Shown here in pieces: positions 49,246-57,666 of a stretch of DNA of 64,000 bases. Position numbers and translations under genes: made by a program. The notes under the pieces are model-generated. The model saw only the letters and a list, made by a program, of their open reading frames with translations, did no database searches and was not told the DNA's origin. The stretch is from assembly GCA_017456625.1 (NCBI GenBank), contig JAFTJB010000004.1:5901-69900 (forward strand), in the 5' to 3' direction. The DNA is from Clostridia bacterium (GTDB lineage: Bacteria; Bacillota; Clostridia; Oscillospirales; CAG-272). Position 1 is the first letter of the stretch. The number at the start of each line of letters is the position of its first letter.

Positions 49246-49769
49246 AATTTATAATAACCTTTCGATGAATTTTTTTATTTTTCGCTCTCTCGACAAAAAA
49301 GAGAGAAAAGAAAGAATAGAAAGAATTGGTAGTAGTAATATTATTATTGTCTGTGGATTTTGTGGAAATAAAATATGTTCTTGTAATACAAGACTTTTTC
49401 AAATCAAAAAAATGAATTTAACGTAGAAAAACATATGGAAAAAAGCAGGATGTTTTGTGGAAAATCGGGCATGAGAATTTGAAAAAATAAAGATTTTCAA
49501 AAAGAAGGAGAAAAAAGATTTTCCCACAATATTTTCCACAGTATCATTCCACAGGAGAAAAAGAAAAAATAAGGAAAAATGTCGAAAAAAGAAGAATTAT
49601 CAACAGGGAAGTAAGCCATGCTGTTCCACAATGAAAAAGCTTTGAAATACAAAGAAAAAATAATATAGAATCCATGAATAATACAAGGATTATAAGAGAT
49701 TATCTGCAATGTTTTCCACAGGTGTTGAAAAGTCTGTGGAAAACTAATTTTAGATGTGGAAAATGAATT
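49246..49769. other. oriC: oriC (dnaA-dnaN intergenic DnaA-box cluster)
   Basis: Six 9-mers differ by 1 nt or less from TTATCCACA: 49456-49464, 49532-49540, 49597-49605, 49712-49720, 49735-49743 and 49755-49763. Weaker boxes lie at 49352-49360, 49361-49369, 49520-49528 and 49622-49630. An AT-rich stretch with TAGTAGTAATATTATTAT at 49330-49347 abuts the tandem boxes. Confidence 0.85.
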
Positions 49770-51176
49770 TTATCTTTCCGAGATTTCCTTTTTGAGGTGG
49801 GATATCTCCGCAGAGAAGTCAGGTGAGGAATTGATCTTGTGAACGACCGTATTGATAGAGGACATTACGGTCGTGTGATCTCTCTCGAAGATCTTTCCGA
49901 TATTGGGATAGGACATTTCGGTCATCTCACGGATAAGATAGATTGCAATGTGGCGGGAATTTGCGATCTCCTTGTTTCTCTTTTTACCGGTCAGATCCTC
50001 CTTTGTGACGTTATACTTGCGATAAATGGAGGAAAAGATCTTATCCACCGTAACGTTGATCGGCTCGGTTCCGCCGTAGATATCCGTGATGCACTTTCTT
50101 GCGACCTCCATGGAGATCGGAATGCCGGAAATGAAGCTGATCGCGGCAAGCTTTTTAATGGTTCCTTCGATCTGACGGACGTTGGAGCGGAGATTTTCTC
50201 CGAGATAGGTCATGACCTCGTTGGAAAGAGAGATATTGACCTGCTCTGCCTTTTTCTGAATGATCGCAATACGAAGCTCCAGATCCGGAGGCTCGATATC
50301 AGCCAGAAGACCCTGCTCAAATCGGGAGCGGAGGCGTTCCTCAAGCGGATTGATATCCTTTGGAGGGCGGTCAGAGGTAATGACGATCTGCTTTCTCTCC
50401 TCAAACAGTGCGTTGAAGGTATTAAAGAATTCCTCCTGGGTAGAGGTCTTTCCGGCAATGAATTGAATGTCATCGATCAAGAGCACGTCGCATTTGCGGT
50501 ATTTGTCTCTGAAATCCTCCATTGTCTTGTTGGCAAGGCAGGAGATCATCTGGTTGGTAAAGTCCTCGCACTTGGAATAAATGATCTTGACGTTTGGGTT
50601 ATTTTGCTTGAGTCTGTTGACGATCGCGCAAAGCAAATGCGTTTTTCCCAGACCGCTGTTTCCGTAAATGAAGAGAGGATTGTAGTTATTGACAGGATTA
50701 TTGGCAACGGAAAAGGATGCTGCATGAGCAAACTTATTCGTGCTGCCTACAATAAAGTTTTCAAAGGTGTATTCAAAATTGTAGCTGGGCATAATCAGAT
50801 CGTCATCCTCTGATGCGGGAGAAGAGGATGCTATGGGAGTCGGGACGGACTCCGACTTTGGAGCAGCCTTTGCCGCATCGCCTGTCATGATCAGCTCTAC
50901 CTTGATCTCGAACCCGAGAGAGAGATTGAAGGCTTTATTGATCTTGTCAAGAAATTTATCCGAAATGTGCTGAAATTTAAAAGGAGAGTCTATTCCAAGT
51001 GTCAAAACGTCCATCTCACCCGTTTCTTCCTTATCGCGGTAAGAAATGACCTTGAGAGGATCGAACCAAAGGTTAATTGCAATATCAGAAAGTGCTTCTC
51101 CGTTTTTGTCCTTAAAGGATTCCTTGACCATATTCCAAACTTGAGACATTTCATCTATGTAATTTTGGTCAGACAT
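49770..51176 (-). CDS. dnaA: chromosomal replication initiator protein DnaA
   Basis: 468 aa with AAA+ Walker A GNSGLGKTHLL, Walker B LLIDDIQF, and the domain IV motif HTTVMSSINTV. Confidence 0.97.
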   Translation of the reverse strand: MSDQNYIDEMSQVWNMVKESFKDKNGEALSDIAINLWFDPLKVISYRDKEETGEMDVLTLGIDSPFKFQHISDKFLDKINKAFNLSLGFEIKVELIMTGDAAKAAPKSESVPTPIASSSPASEDDDLIMPSYNFEYTFENFIVGSTNKFAHAASFSVANNPVNNYNPLFIYGNSGLGKTHLLCAIVNRLKQNNPNVKIIYSKCEDFTNQMISCLANKTMEDFRDKYRKCDVLLIDDIQFIAGKTSTQEEFFNTFNALFEERKQIVITSDRPPKDINPLEERLRSRFEQGLLADIEPPDLELRIAIIQKKAEQVNISLSNEVMTYLGENLRSNVRQIEGTIKKLAAISFISGIPISMEVARKCITDIYGGTEPINVTVDKIFSSIYRKYNVTKEDLTGKKRNKEIANSRHIAIYLIREMTEMSYPNIGKIFERDHTTVMSSINTVVHKINSSPDFSAEISHLKKEISER

Positions 51177-51247
51177 AAAAAATCCTCCTTTCGTTCCTAA
51201 TAAAAAACACGATATAAAAATATTATATTATTTATATTATATCATAT

Positions 51248-51265
51248 TATGCGCGCGCGCGCATA
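51248..51265. repeat. alternating (CG)6 tract inside an 18-bp perfect palindrome
   Basis: TATGCGCGCGCGCGCATA embedded in otherwise very AT-rich DNA between dnaA and copA. Confidence 0.9.
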
Positions 51266-51336
51266 GTAATATATGTTATTTAAAATAAAATTTACATTTT
51301 ATTCAAAAAAGATACTCTATTTTCAGAGTGAAAAGG

Positions 51337-51350
51337 ACTACTATAGTAGT
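51337..51350. promoter_or_regulatory. 14-bp perfect palindrome, candidate operator over the copA -10 region
   Basis: ACTACTATAGTAGT, 23 nt upstream of the copA start. It contains TATAGT (51342-51347), with TTTTCA 16 nt upstream. Confidence 0.4.
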
Positions 51351-51372
51351 TAGTGAAGAGTAACATGGAGGA

Positions 51373-53961
51373 ATGATGAAAAGATTACACTATGAGATCA
51401 AGGGAATGAGTTGTGCGGCGTGTGTTTCACATGTGGAACGAGCTATTCGCGGCGTTTTGGGAGAAGGTGAGATTTTTACGGTTTCACTTCTCACAAACTC
51501 GGTGTCGATCTTGATCAATAATGATCAAAAAGACCTTGCTTTATTAGAGAAACAGCTTGAAGAGGCAATAAAAAATTCCGGTTATACACTGCTAACTAAT
51601 AAAAAAGAGGAACAAAAAACAGGAATATCGGAGTTTGAGATTGCAAAAAGAAAGCTGATCGCCTCTGCTGCTCTGACTCTTGCAGTCATGTATCTCGCAA
51701 TGGGTGGCATGATAGGCTTACCGATTCCCGAATTTTTGGTGGGAGTGGAAAATGCAATTTGGATGGCACTGTCACAGTTGATTTTGACAGTTCCCGTTCT
51801 TGTGATCAACTTCAAATTTTTTAAAAACGGATTTTTGGCGCTTGGGCATAGGGCGCCGAACATGGATTCTCTCATAGCTGTTGGATCGGGCGCATCGGTA
51901 ATATACGGACTTGTTTCGATCGTTTTGATCCTTACTGCCAATGGAGACGGCGTGTTGGTGCATTCCTTGCTTCACGACCTTTATTTTGAGTCGGCGGCAA
52001 TGATACTCACGCTTGTATCCCTTGGTAAGCTCCTGGAATCCCGTGCAAAGGAAAAGGCGGCGGATGCGGTAAAGTCCTTGGCATCCCTGTCCCCGAAATC
52101 GGCGGCGGTACTGCGAGAAGGCATGGAGCTGTCAATCCCGGTAGAAGAAATTGTTGTAGGTGATACGGTGATCATACGCGCGGGAGAATTGATTCCCGTG
52201 GACGGAGTGATCGTAAAGGGCGAGGGAAGTGCCGATGAATCCGCGCTTACGGGTGAGAGTATGCCGGTGGAAAAAGAAGCAGGTGATGCTGTCAGAGCGG
52301 CGTGTGTATTGACCTCGGGGTATCTTGAGATCAGAGCGGAGAAGGTGGGGAGCGAAACTTCTCTATCTCGCATTATTCGACTTCTGGAGGATGCGGCGGC
52401 ATCTAAGGCACCCATCGCACGGATCGCGGATAAGGTCAGTGGGGTATTCGTTCCCGTTGTAATGGCGATTTCGCTTGTGACCTTTCTTGTATGGATGCTG
52501 GTCACAAATCATATAGAGCAAGCGTTGCGCTCTGCGATCGCCGTGCTCGTCATTTCCTGTCCCTGCGCATTGGGGCTTGCAACACCGACCGCGATTACGG
52601 TTGGAATCGGGCGTGGAGCGCGCAACGGAATTTTGTTCCGCAATGCGGAGTCGCTCGAAAAGCTTTGTTCCGTCAAGACCGTTTTGTTCGATAAAACGGG
52701 AACCATCACGGAGGGAAAGCCCTCTTTAACAGATCTGTACGCATACGGAACAGATCCCGTAAAGCTGCTGCAATACGCGGCGGCTGTGGAAAAGCAATCC
52801 TCGCATCCTTTGGCTCTTGCGGTGGTAAGAGGAGCGGAGGAAATGAAGCTGGAGATCCCCACAGCGAGCGAATTTCGTTCTATGACGGGTGTGGGAGCCG
52901 AGGCAGAGGTATGCGGTGCTGTTTGCCGTATCGGTAAGCCCTCTGCAGAGGAGCGCGCCGCGTGGACGGTAAAAGAATATAAAAAAGAAGAAAAAAATAA
53001 ATCCGTAAATGTGATAGCACGCGAGGATCTTGAGATGATCGGAACGGATTTTGACAGTCTGGAAGAGGAAGGAAAGACCGCTGTTTTGGTCACGGTAGAC
53101 GGAAAAGCGGTCGGTGTTTTGGGAATTTCGGACCGTATTCGTGAGGATTCTCCTGCCGCGGTAGAGGCGCTTCGGAGTGAGGGTGTATCTTGTGTCATGC
53201 TCACGGGAGACAATGAACGCACGGCTGCATCGGTAGCCCGCCGCGTAGGGCTTGACGGATATCGCGCGGGGCTTTTGCCCGAGGATAAGGAGCAGATCGT
53301 AAGACAGATCGGTGAAGGCTCGTCTTGCGCGATGGTAGGAGACGGAATCAACGACGCGCCCGCGCTCGTGCGCGCGGACGTGGGAATTGCCGTTGGAGCA
53401 GGCACGGAGGTTGCGATCGACTGTGCGGGGGTTGTGCTCTCGGGCTCGTCGCTGTCGGGAGTTGCCGAGGCGTATCGCTTGAGCCGCGCGACCATACGTA
53501 TCATCAAGCAAAATCTGTTTTGGGCACTGTTTTATAACGCGGTATGCATTCCCGTTGCGGCGGGCGCTCTTTATCCGCTCTTTGGATGGCAATTGAGCCC
53601 AATGCTTGCATCTGCCGCAATGAGCTTCTCGTCGGTCTGCGTGGTCACAAACGCATTGAGACTGCGAACGGTAAAGCTGTTTTATTCAAATCGAAAACAA
53701 AATACAGAAGGAGACAATGAAGAAATGATGTTTGGAAAAAAGGAAGTTTATTCGATCCCTGTTGAGGGAATGATGTGCCCCCGTTGCGTGGCACACGTCA
53801 AGGAGGCTCTTGAGGCGATCAAGGGTGTGAAGGAGGTCGAGGTCAGCCTCGAGGAGAAAAAAGCGGTCGTAACCGTTAAGGAGGGCGCGGTTACCCCCGC
53901 GACGATCATCTCCGCCATTCAGACTGCGGGATACACCCCCGGTGAAGCAGAAAAAATTTAA
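51373..53961 (+). CDS. copA: copper-translocating P1B-type ATPase with N- and C-terminal HMA domains
   Basis: 862 aa with an N-terminal HMA domain (GMSCAACVSHVE), TGES, the TM CPC motif (SCPCALGLATP), DKTGTIT, GDGINDAP, and a second HMA domain at the C-terminus (GMMCPRCVAHVKEALE). Confidence 0.93.
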   Translation: MMKRLHYEIKGMSCAACVSHVERAIRGVLGEGEIFTVSLLTNSVSILINNDQKDLALLEKQLEEAIKNSGYTLLTNKKEEQKTGISEFEIAKRKLIASAALTLAVMYLAMGGMIGLPIPEFLVGVENAIWMALSQLILTVPVLVINFKFFKNGFLALGHRAPNMDSLIAVGSGASVIYGLVSIVLILTANGDGVLVHSLLHDLYFESAAMILTLVSLGKLLESRAKEKAADAVKSLASLSPKSAAVLREGMELSIPVEEIVVGDTVIIRAGELIPVDGVIVKGEGSADESALTGESMPVEKEAGDAVRAACVLTSGYLEIRAEKVGSETSLSRIIRLLEDAAASKAPIARIADKVSGVFVPVVMAISLVTFLVWMLVTNHIEQALRSAIAVLVISCPCALGLATPTAITVGIGRGARNGILFRNAESLEKLCSVKTVLFDKTGTITEGKPSLTDLYAYGTDPVKLLQYAAAVEKQSSHPLALAVVRGAEEMKLEIPTASEFRSMTGVGAEAEVCGAVCRIGKPSAEERAAWTVKEYKKEEKNKSVNVIAREDLEMIGTDFDSLEEEGKTAVLVTVDGKAVGVLGISDRIREDSPAAVEALRSEGVSCVMLTGDNERTAASVARRVGLDGYRAGLLPEDKEQIVRQIGEGSSCAMVGDGINDAPALVRADVGIAVGAGTEVAIDCAGVVLSGSSLSGVAEAYRLSRATIRIIKQNLFWALFYNAVCIPVAAGALYPLFGWQLSPMLASAAMSFSSVCVVTNALRLRTVKLFYSNRKQNTEGDNEEMMFGKKEVYSIPVEGMMCPRCVAHVKEALEAIKGVKEVEVSLEEKKAVVTVKEGAVTPATIISAIQTAGYTPGEAEKI

Positions 53962-53968
53962 AGAAAAA

Positions 53969-53998
53969 ACGGACACATCAAAGGATGTGTCCGTTTTT
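53969..53998. terminator. bidirectional intrinsic terminator
   Basis: AAAAAA-acggacacatc-aaag-gatgtgtccgt-TTTT between copA and the convergent ABC permease gene. Confidence 0.85.
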
Positions 53999-54012
53999 AA
54001 TTGCAGGGTAAA

Positions 54013-56370
54013 TTATGCTCTCCTTCTTACGGATCTGCGGAGAAGTCCGATGGCGAGAAGTGCCGAGGGAAGGAGCACGACCAGAATGATAAGCCACAGT
54101 ACGAACGCGGTAAGGCTGACGAGAAGCACGTTGGAAGCCATGGAATTTGCCGCGAGGTCGATGGTGGCAAGATCCTCCGAGGACATAAATCCAATAGAGG
54201 AGAGAAGAAGCTGATGGTTGCCGTTTTGCATATAGGGATCGCAAAGATCAAGTAGATAGGGCGTGGAGACCCAAAGGATCTTGCTGTCTCCTTTTTCCGC
54301 AATGGCACCGTAGGTATAGGAGGCAGGGTCCTCGTCAAGCTTGGTCCATTTTCCCGTGCTTGCGTCATAAGAGGAACGGGTTGCCGAGGTAGTTGTGTAG
54401 AGGAGACGGGTGATCTCGGTATTTGGATGATCGAGATCGAAGTAGATAGCGTGAACGTCGCTTACGACAATGCTGTCAACGAGCGGGTCGGTCACCTTGT
54501 GCGCGCCTGCCATCGCAACATGATAGCTTCCATTCACGTAAGAGGTGTTTTCCTCGTTGACACGGATGTTTTTATCGTCGGCAGAAAGTCCGTATTCGGC
54601 AAGAACGGATGCGAGATTGGGTTGCTCCTTTGTGTTGCAATAGGTCGTCAGGATCATGCTTCCGCCTGCCTCGAGCCATGCGGAAAGCGCATCGGTCTCC
54701 GCACGAGTCAGATCGAGCAGGGGAGAATTGAAGATCAATACCTCGTGCTCCTCTGTCAGCTCCGAAACGCTGAGGATGTATTGCACGTCACAGCTGTATT
54801 GGCGCAGGGATTGCACGACGGTGTCGTTGATCTCAGCATTGAGGGGAATGACGTTGCCGCTCTCGTCCTGATAAGCCGATTGTACAATGGCAACCGTGGG
54901 AACCTTTTCAAGGGTGACGAAGCGGATGGCGTTGGTAATTCCCTCCTCACCGTTAAAGTAGGGGGTCATGGTGTAGCCGAGAGAGGCGAGGGATTCTGCG
55001 GAGGCGGAATATTCCGCGGGAGAGAGGTAAAGTGTGCCCTCGTCGCTTTCATAATAGTAGTAATAAAGGTCAGCAAGGGAGAGGAGCATATAGCGGCGGG
55101 CGCTTTCCACAACAAAGCAGACCGCTCCCTCCTCCATCGCGCCAATGCCGTGATCGGTCAAGAATTCGGCTTCGGTCTTGGTATCGACCACGTCGACCGA
55201 TATATGGGAGGATTGAGATTCGTAATTTTTAAGGAAGGACAAAATGTCGGGATCGGCACCCAGCTCTCCGTTCTCACAAAGTAAATAGAGTGTTACTTCC
55301 TCGTTGAGAGAGCGAGACAATCTTTTGCTTTCGGTGGATAGACCGAAAACGGGATCGTTGGAAAGTGAACGCGAGCGAATGCTCCAAGGAAGCAGTGAGG
55401 CGAGAAGATTGAGCGCGATGAGAAGGATTGCGAGGACGAAAGCGCTTGCCGAGAGCAGGAGTCTTTTCTTTGTCATCGCGGGGGTGATTTTTTGAGCGAC
55501 GGTGTCAAATTCGCTGTCATGACGGTGAGAGACCGTCAATACGGTTAGAACAACGAAGAATGCCGTAAAGCAGATGAAAAAGAGAATTCCCTCGAGGTCA
55601 AATCTTCCGTAGATAAATCCCAAAAAGCGAGAAAACGGATTGAAGCGCGAGAGGAGCTTGGGAAGGAGGGAGAGGAAGATATCGGGAAGGAAAATAAAGA
55701 GAAACGCCAATGCAACGGGAAGTGCGGTAGCGCAGATCGCAGCGATACGGGAGCCGATCACAAGCCACAAAAATACGCAAGCTCCGACAAGCAAAAGCTC
55801 CAGCACTGCGAATGAGAACCATGCTGCGGAGGGGATGGAGGTAAGGAAGGTGTTGATCAGCAAAAGAGCGAGCAAAACGCCTGCCGAGAGTACCCAATTG
55901 ATCCAATTCTTCTTGAAAAAGACAGATAGATACAGGCAGAGCGACAGGAGTGCCGCACCGAGTAAAAGAAGTCCGAACCAGGCGAAATAGGATTCCGCCA
56001 TGTCGACCGTTCCAAAGAAGGAAAGAAGAAGCGGATAGAGCGCGATGACCGCCATGGAGATCAAAAGGATGGACAGATGGGCAAAATATTTTCCGAGGAC
56101 CACGTGCGCGGGACGAAGAGACAGCGAATAGAGAAGTCCGTTTGTGCCACACGCGCGCTCGGATGAAAAGCTTTTGTAGGTGAGGAGGGGAAGGGCGAGA
56201 ACAAATGCGGGAAATATTCCCGGCAGCGAGGAGGAGAATGATGGTGTTCCCGTCAGCATATTACGAAACACGGTATAAACACCGCAAAAAAGCAGTAAAA
56301 TAGCTATAACGGCAAAGCCGCGAACAGAGCCAAAGAGCTGGCGAAGCTCTTTTTTCAACATAATAAACAT
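54013..56370 (-). CDS. ABC-2 permease fused to GldG-like extracytoplasmic domain (GldF-GldG fusion type)
   Basis: 785 aa. The N-terminal ~290 aa have at least 6 TM segments and the GldF-like block LLTYKSFSSERACGTNGLLYSLSLRP. A ~430-aa soluble domain begins like GldG (SLSNDPVFGLSTESKRLSRSLNEEVTLYLL). A final TM helix follows. Confidence 0.6.
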   Translation of the reverse strand: MFIMLKKELRQLFGSVRGFAVIAILLLFCGVYTVFRNMLTGTPSFSSSLPGIFPAFVLALPLLTYKSFSSERACGTNGLLYSLSLRPAHVVLGKYFAHLSILLISMAVIALYPLLLSFFGTVDMAESYFAWFGLLLLGAALLSLCLYLSVFFKKNWINWVLSAGVLLALLLINTFLTSIPSAAWFSFAVLELLLVGACVFLWLVIGSRIAAICATALPVALAFLFIFLPDIFLSLLPKLLSRFNPFSRFLGFIYGRFDLEGILFFICFTAFFVVLTVLTVSHRHDSEFDTVAQKITPAMTKKRLLLSASAFVLAILLIALNLLASLLPWSIRSRSLSNDPVFGLSTESKRLSRSLNEEVTLYLLCENGELGADPDILSFLKNYESQSSHISVDVVDTKTEAEFLTDHGIGAMEEGAVCFVVESARRYMLLSLADLYYYYYESDEGTLYLSPAEYSASAESLASLGYTMTPYFNGEEGITNAIRFVTLEKVPTVAIVQSAYQDESGNVIPLNAEINDTVVQSLRQYSCDVQYILSVSELTEEHEVLIFNSPLLDLTRAETDALSAWLEAGGSMILTTYCNTKEQPNLASVLAEYGLSADDKNIRVNEENTSYVNGSYHVAMAGAHKVTDPLVDSIVVSDVHAIYFDLDHPNTEITRLLYTTTSATRSSYDASTGKWTKLDEDPASYTYGAIAEKGDSKILWVSTPYLLDLCDPYMQNGNHQLLLSSIGFMSSEDLATIDLAANSMASNVLLVSLTAFVLWLIILVVLLPSALLAIGLLRRSVRRRA

Positions 56371-56383
56371 CGTGATGACCTCC

Positions 56384-57205
56384 TTAAGCTTCGTTGCCGT
56401 CGTCGTCGATCAATTCATATTCGCCGCGCTTTTTCGGAGGTGTGTAGGTGCGCTTGGAATGACGTTTTTTGGAAAGACGAGAGGGCGCGGTATCGGGGAG
56501 AGACTCCATACCGCTGTTCTTGCATAGATTTGCAAAAAGCGTATCGAGTGCTTCGTCATTTGCATCATACGTGCCGAGCAGCCGTCCCTCCGAAAGGACT
56601 AATATGCTGTCGCAAACGTCACGCAAAAGGGAGAGCGACGTGCTTCCGATGATAACGGTCTTGGTGTCGGCGAGCAGATCGATGCGATCGAGCAAAGCAA
56701 GCTTTTCACGCTCACCAATGCCCACGCAGGGCTCCTCAAGAATGAGGATCTCGGGATCACCCACCAATGCCTGTGCCAGGCAAAGTCTCTTTCTCTCGCT
56801 TGGAGAGAGATGCGTGCAAAGGCTTCTTTTTCTTCCGCGAAGCTCTGCTTGATTGAGAAGTGAGGAAACGACCCGCACGCCGTCCTCAAAATCCAGTCCG
56901 CGCGCTTCCGCAATAAAGGAGAGATATTCCTCGGGGGTCATGTCTGGGTAGGGAATGAGATTTTTTGGCATATAACCAATGCATTTTCCGGCCTTCGCGC
57001 GGTCCTTGACGGTATCAAAGCCGTTGATGCGCACGAAGCCCGAATCCGGTGTGATCGCCCCGGCGAGAAGCGCCAAAAAAGCGCCAACGGTAGTGCCGAG
57101 CGGATCTAAAACACCGTATACCGAGCCGTTGACCAATTTAAAATCAAGCTTGTCCGCCACGAGTGTGGAATGACAAGTTTTTTGCAATGCTTTTCCTTCG
57201 ATCAA
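56384..57205 (-). CDS. ABC-transporter nucleotide-binding-domain homologue with degenerate catalytic motifs
   Basis: 273 aa from a TTG start with GGAGGA 7 nt upstream. It has the ABC NBD layout, but Walker A reads VLDPLGTTVGAF (no GxxGxGK[ST]), the signature reads LSPSERKRL, Walker B reads ILILEEP, and the H-loop region reads VIIGSTSL (no His). Confidence 0.7.
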   Translation of the reverse strand: MIEGKALQKTCHSTLVADKLDFKLVNGSVYGVLDPLGTTVGAFLALLAGAITPDSGFVRINGFDTVKDRAKAGKCIGYMPKNLIPYPDMTPEEYLSFIAEARGLDFEDGVRVVSSLLNQAELRGRKRSLCTHLSPSERKRLCLAQALVGDPEILILEEPCVGIGEREKLALLDRIDLLADTKTVIIGSTSLSLLRDVCDSILVLSEGRLLGTYDANDEALDTLFANLCKNSGMESLPDTAPSRLSKKRHSKRTYTPPKKRGEYELIDDDGNEA

Positions 57206-57253
57206 AATGAATTCCTCCGTTTTTTCGGTGACCGTAAATAATACAATACTATA

Positions 57254-57282
57254 ATTATAATATTATATGTGTTTTGTGTCAA
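57254..57282 (-). promoter_or_regulatory. consensus sigma-A promoter for the ABC operon
   Basis: Minus strand reads TTGACA (57277-57282), a 17-nt spacer, then TATAAT (57254-57259). Confidence 0.65.
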
Positions 57283-57384
57283 GTGGTTGTTCCGTTTTTG
57301 ATGCTTTTATGAGATTTTATACTTATAAATACCCAAAATAATTATAAATGTTGCAATAAGTTATATATTTGTTTATATTATACA

Positions 57385-57413
57385 TTGACACAGTGATGTT
57401 TTTGTGGTATAAT
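57385..57413 (+). promoter_or_regulatory. consensus sigma-A promoter (distal, glg operon leader)
   Basis: TTGACA (57385-57390), a 17-nt spacer, then TGgTATAAT (-10 at 57408-57413), about 250 nt upstream of glgB. Confidence 0.6.
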
Positions 57414-57594
57414 AACAAAGGTTTTTGATTTTCTTGTTAATTATAACAAAACAATAATGAAAAAATTGTCAAAAATGATATTTTTTTGTTTTACAGAAAA
57501 AAATCGAATTGAAAAAACAACGATTTGATACAAAAAAATGTTGTGAAAAACGCTGTAAATGTAGTCAAATGTAACGAAATTTGGGGTTTCTGTA

Positions 57595-57622
57595 TTGATT
57601 TTTTTGTAATATGTGATATAAT
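57595..57622 (+). promoter_or_regulatory. sigma-A type promoter (proximal, glgB)
   Basis: TTGATT (57595-57600), a 16-nt spacer, then TGaTATAAT (-10 at 57617-57622), 44 nt before the glgB ATG. Confidence 0.5.
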
Positions 57623-57666
57623 AATCGTGTATACATAAAATTAATTATGGAAAGGAAGGTGAAAAT

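Noticed and set aside
57457-57528. 23-codon ORF (MKKLSKMIFFCFTEKNRIEKTTI) in the glg leader
   Set aside because: It has no Shine-Dalgarno sequence, lies in A/T-rich DNA where such ORFs arise by chance, and cannot be assessed for conservation here.
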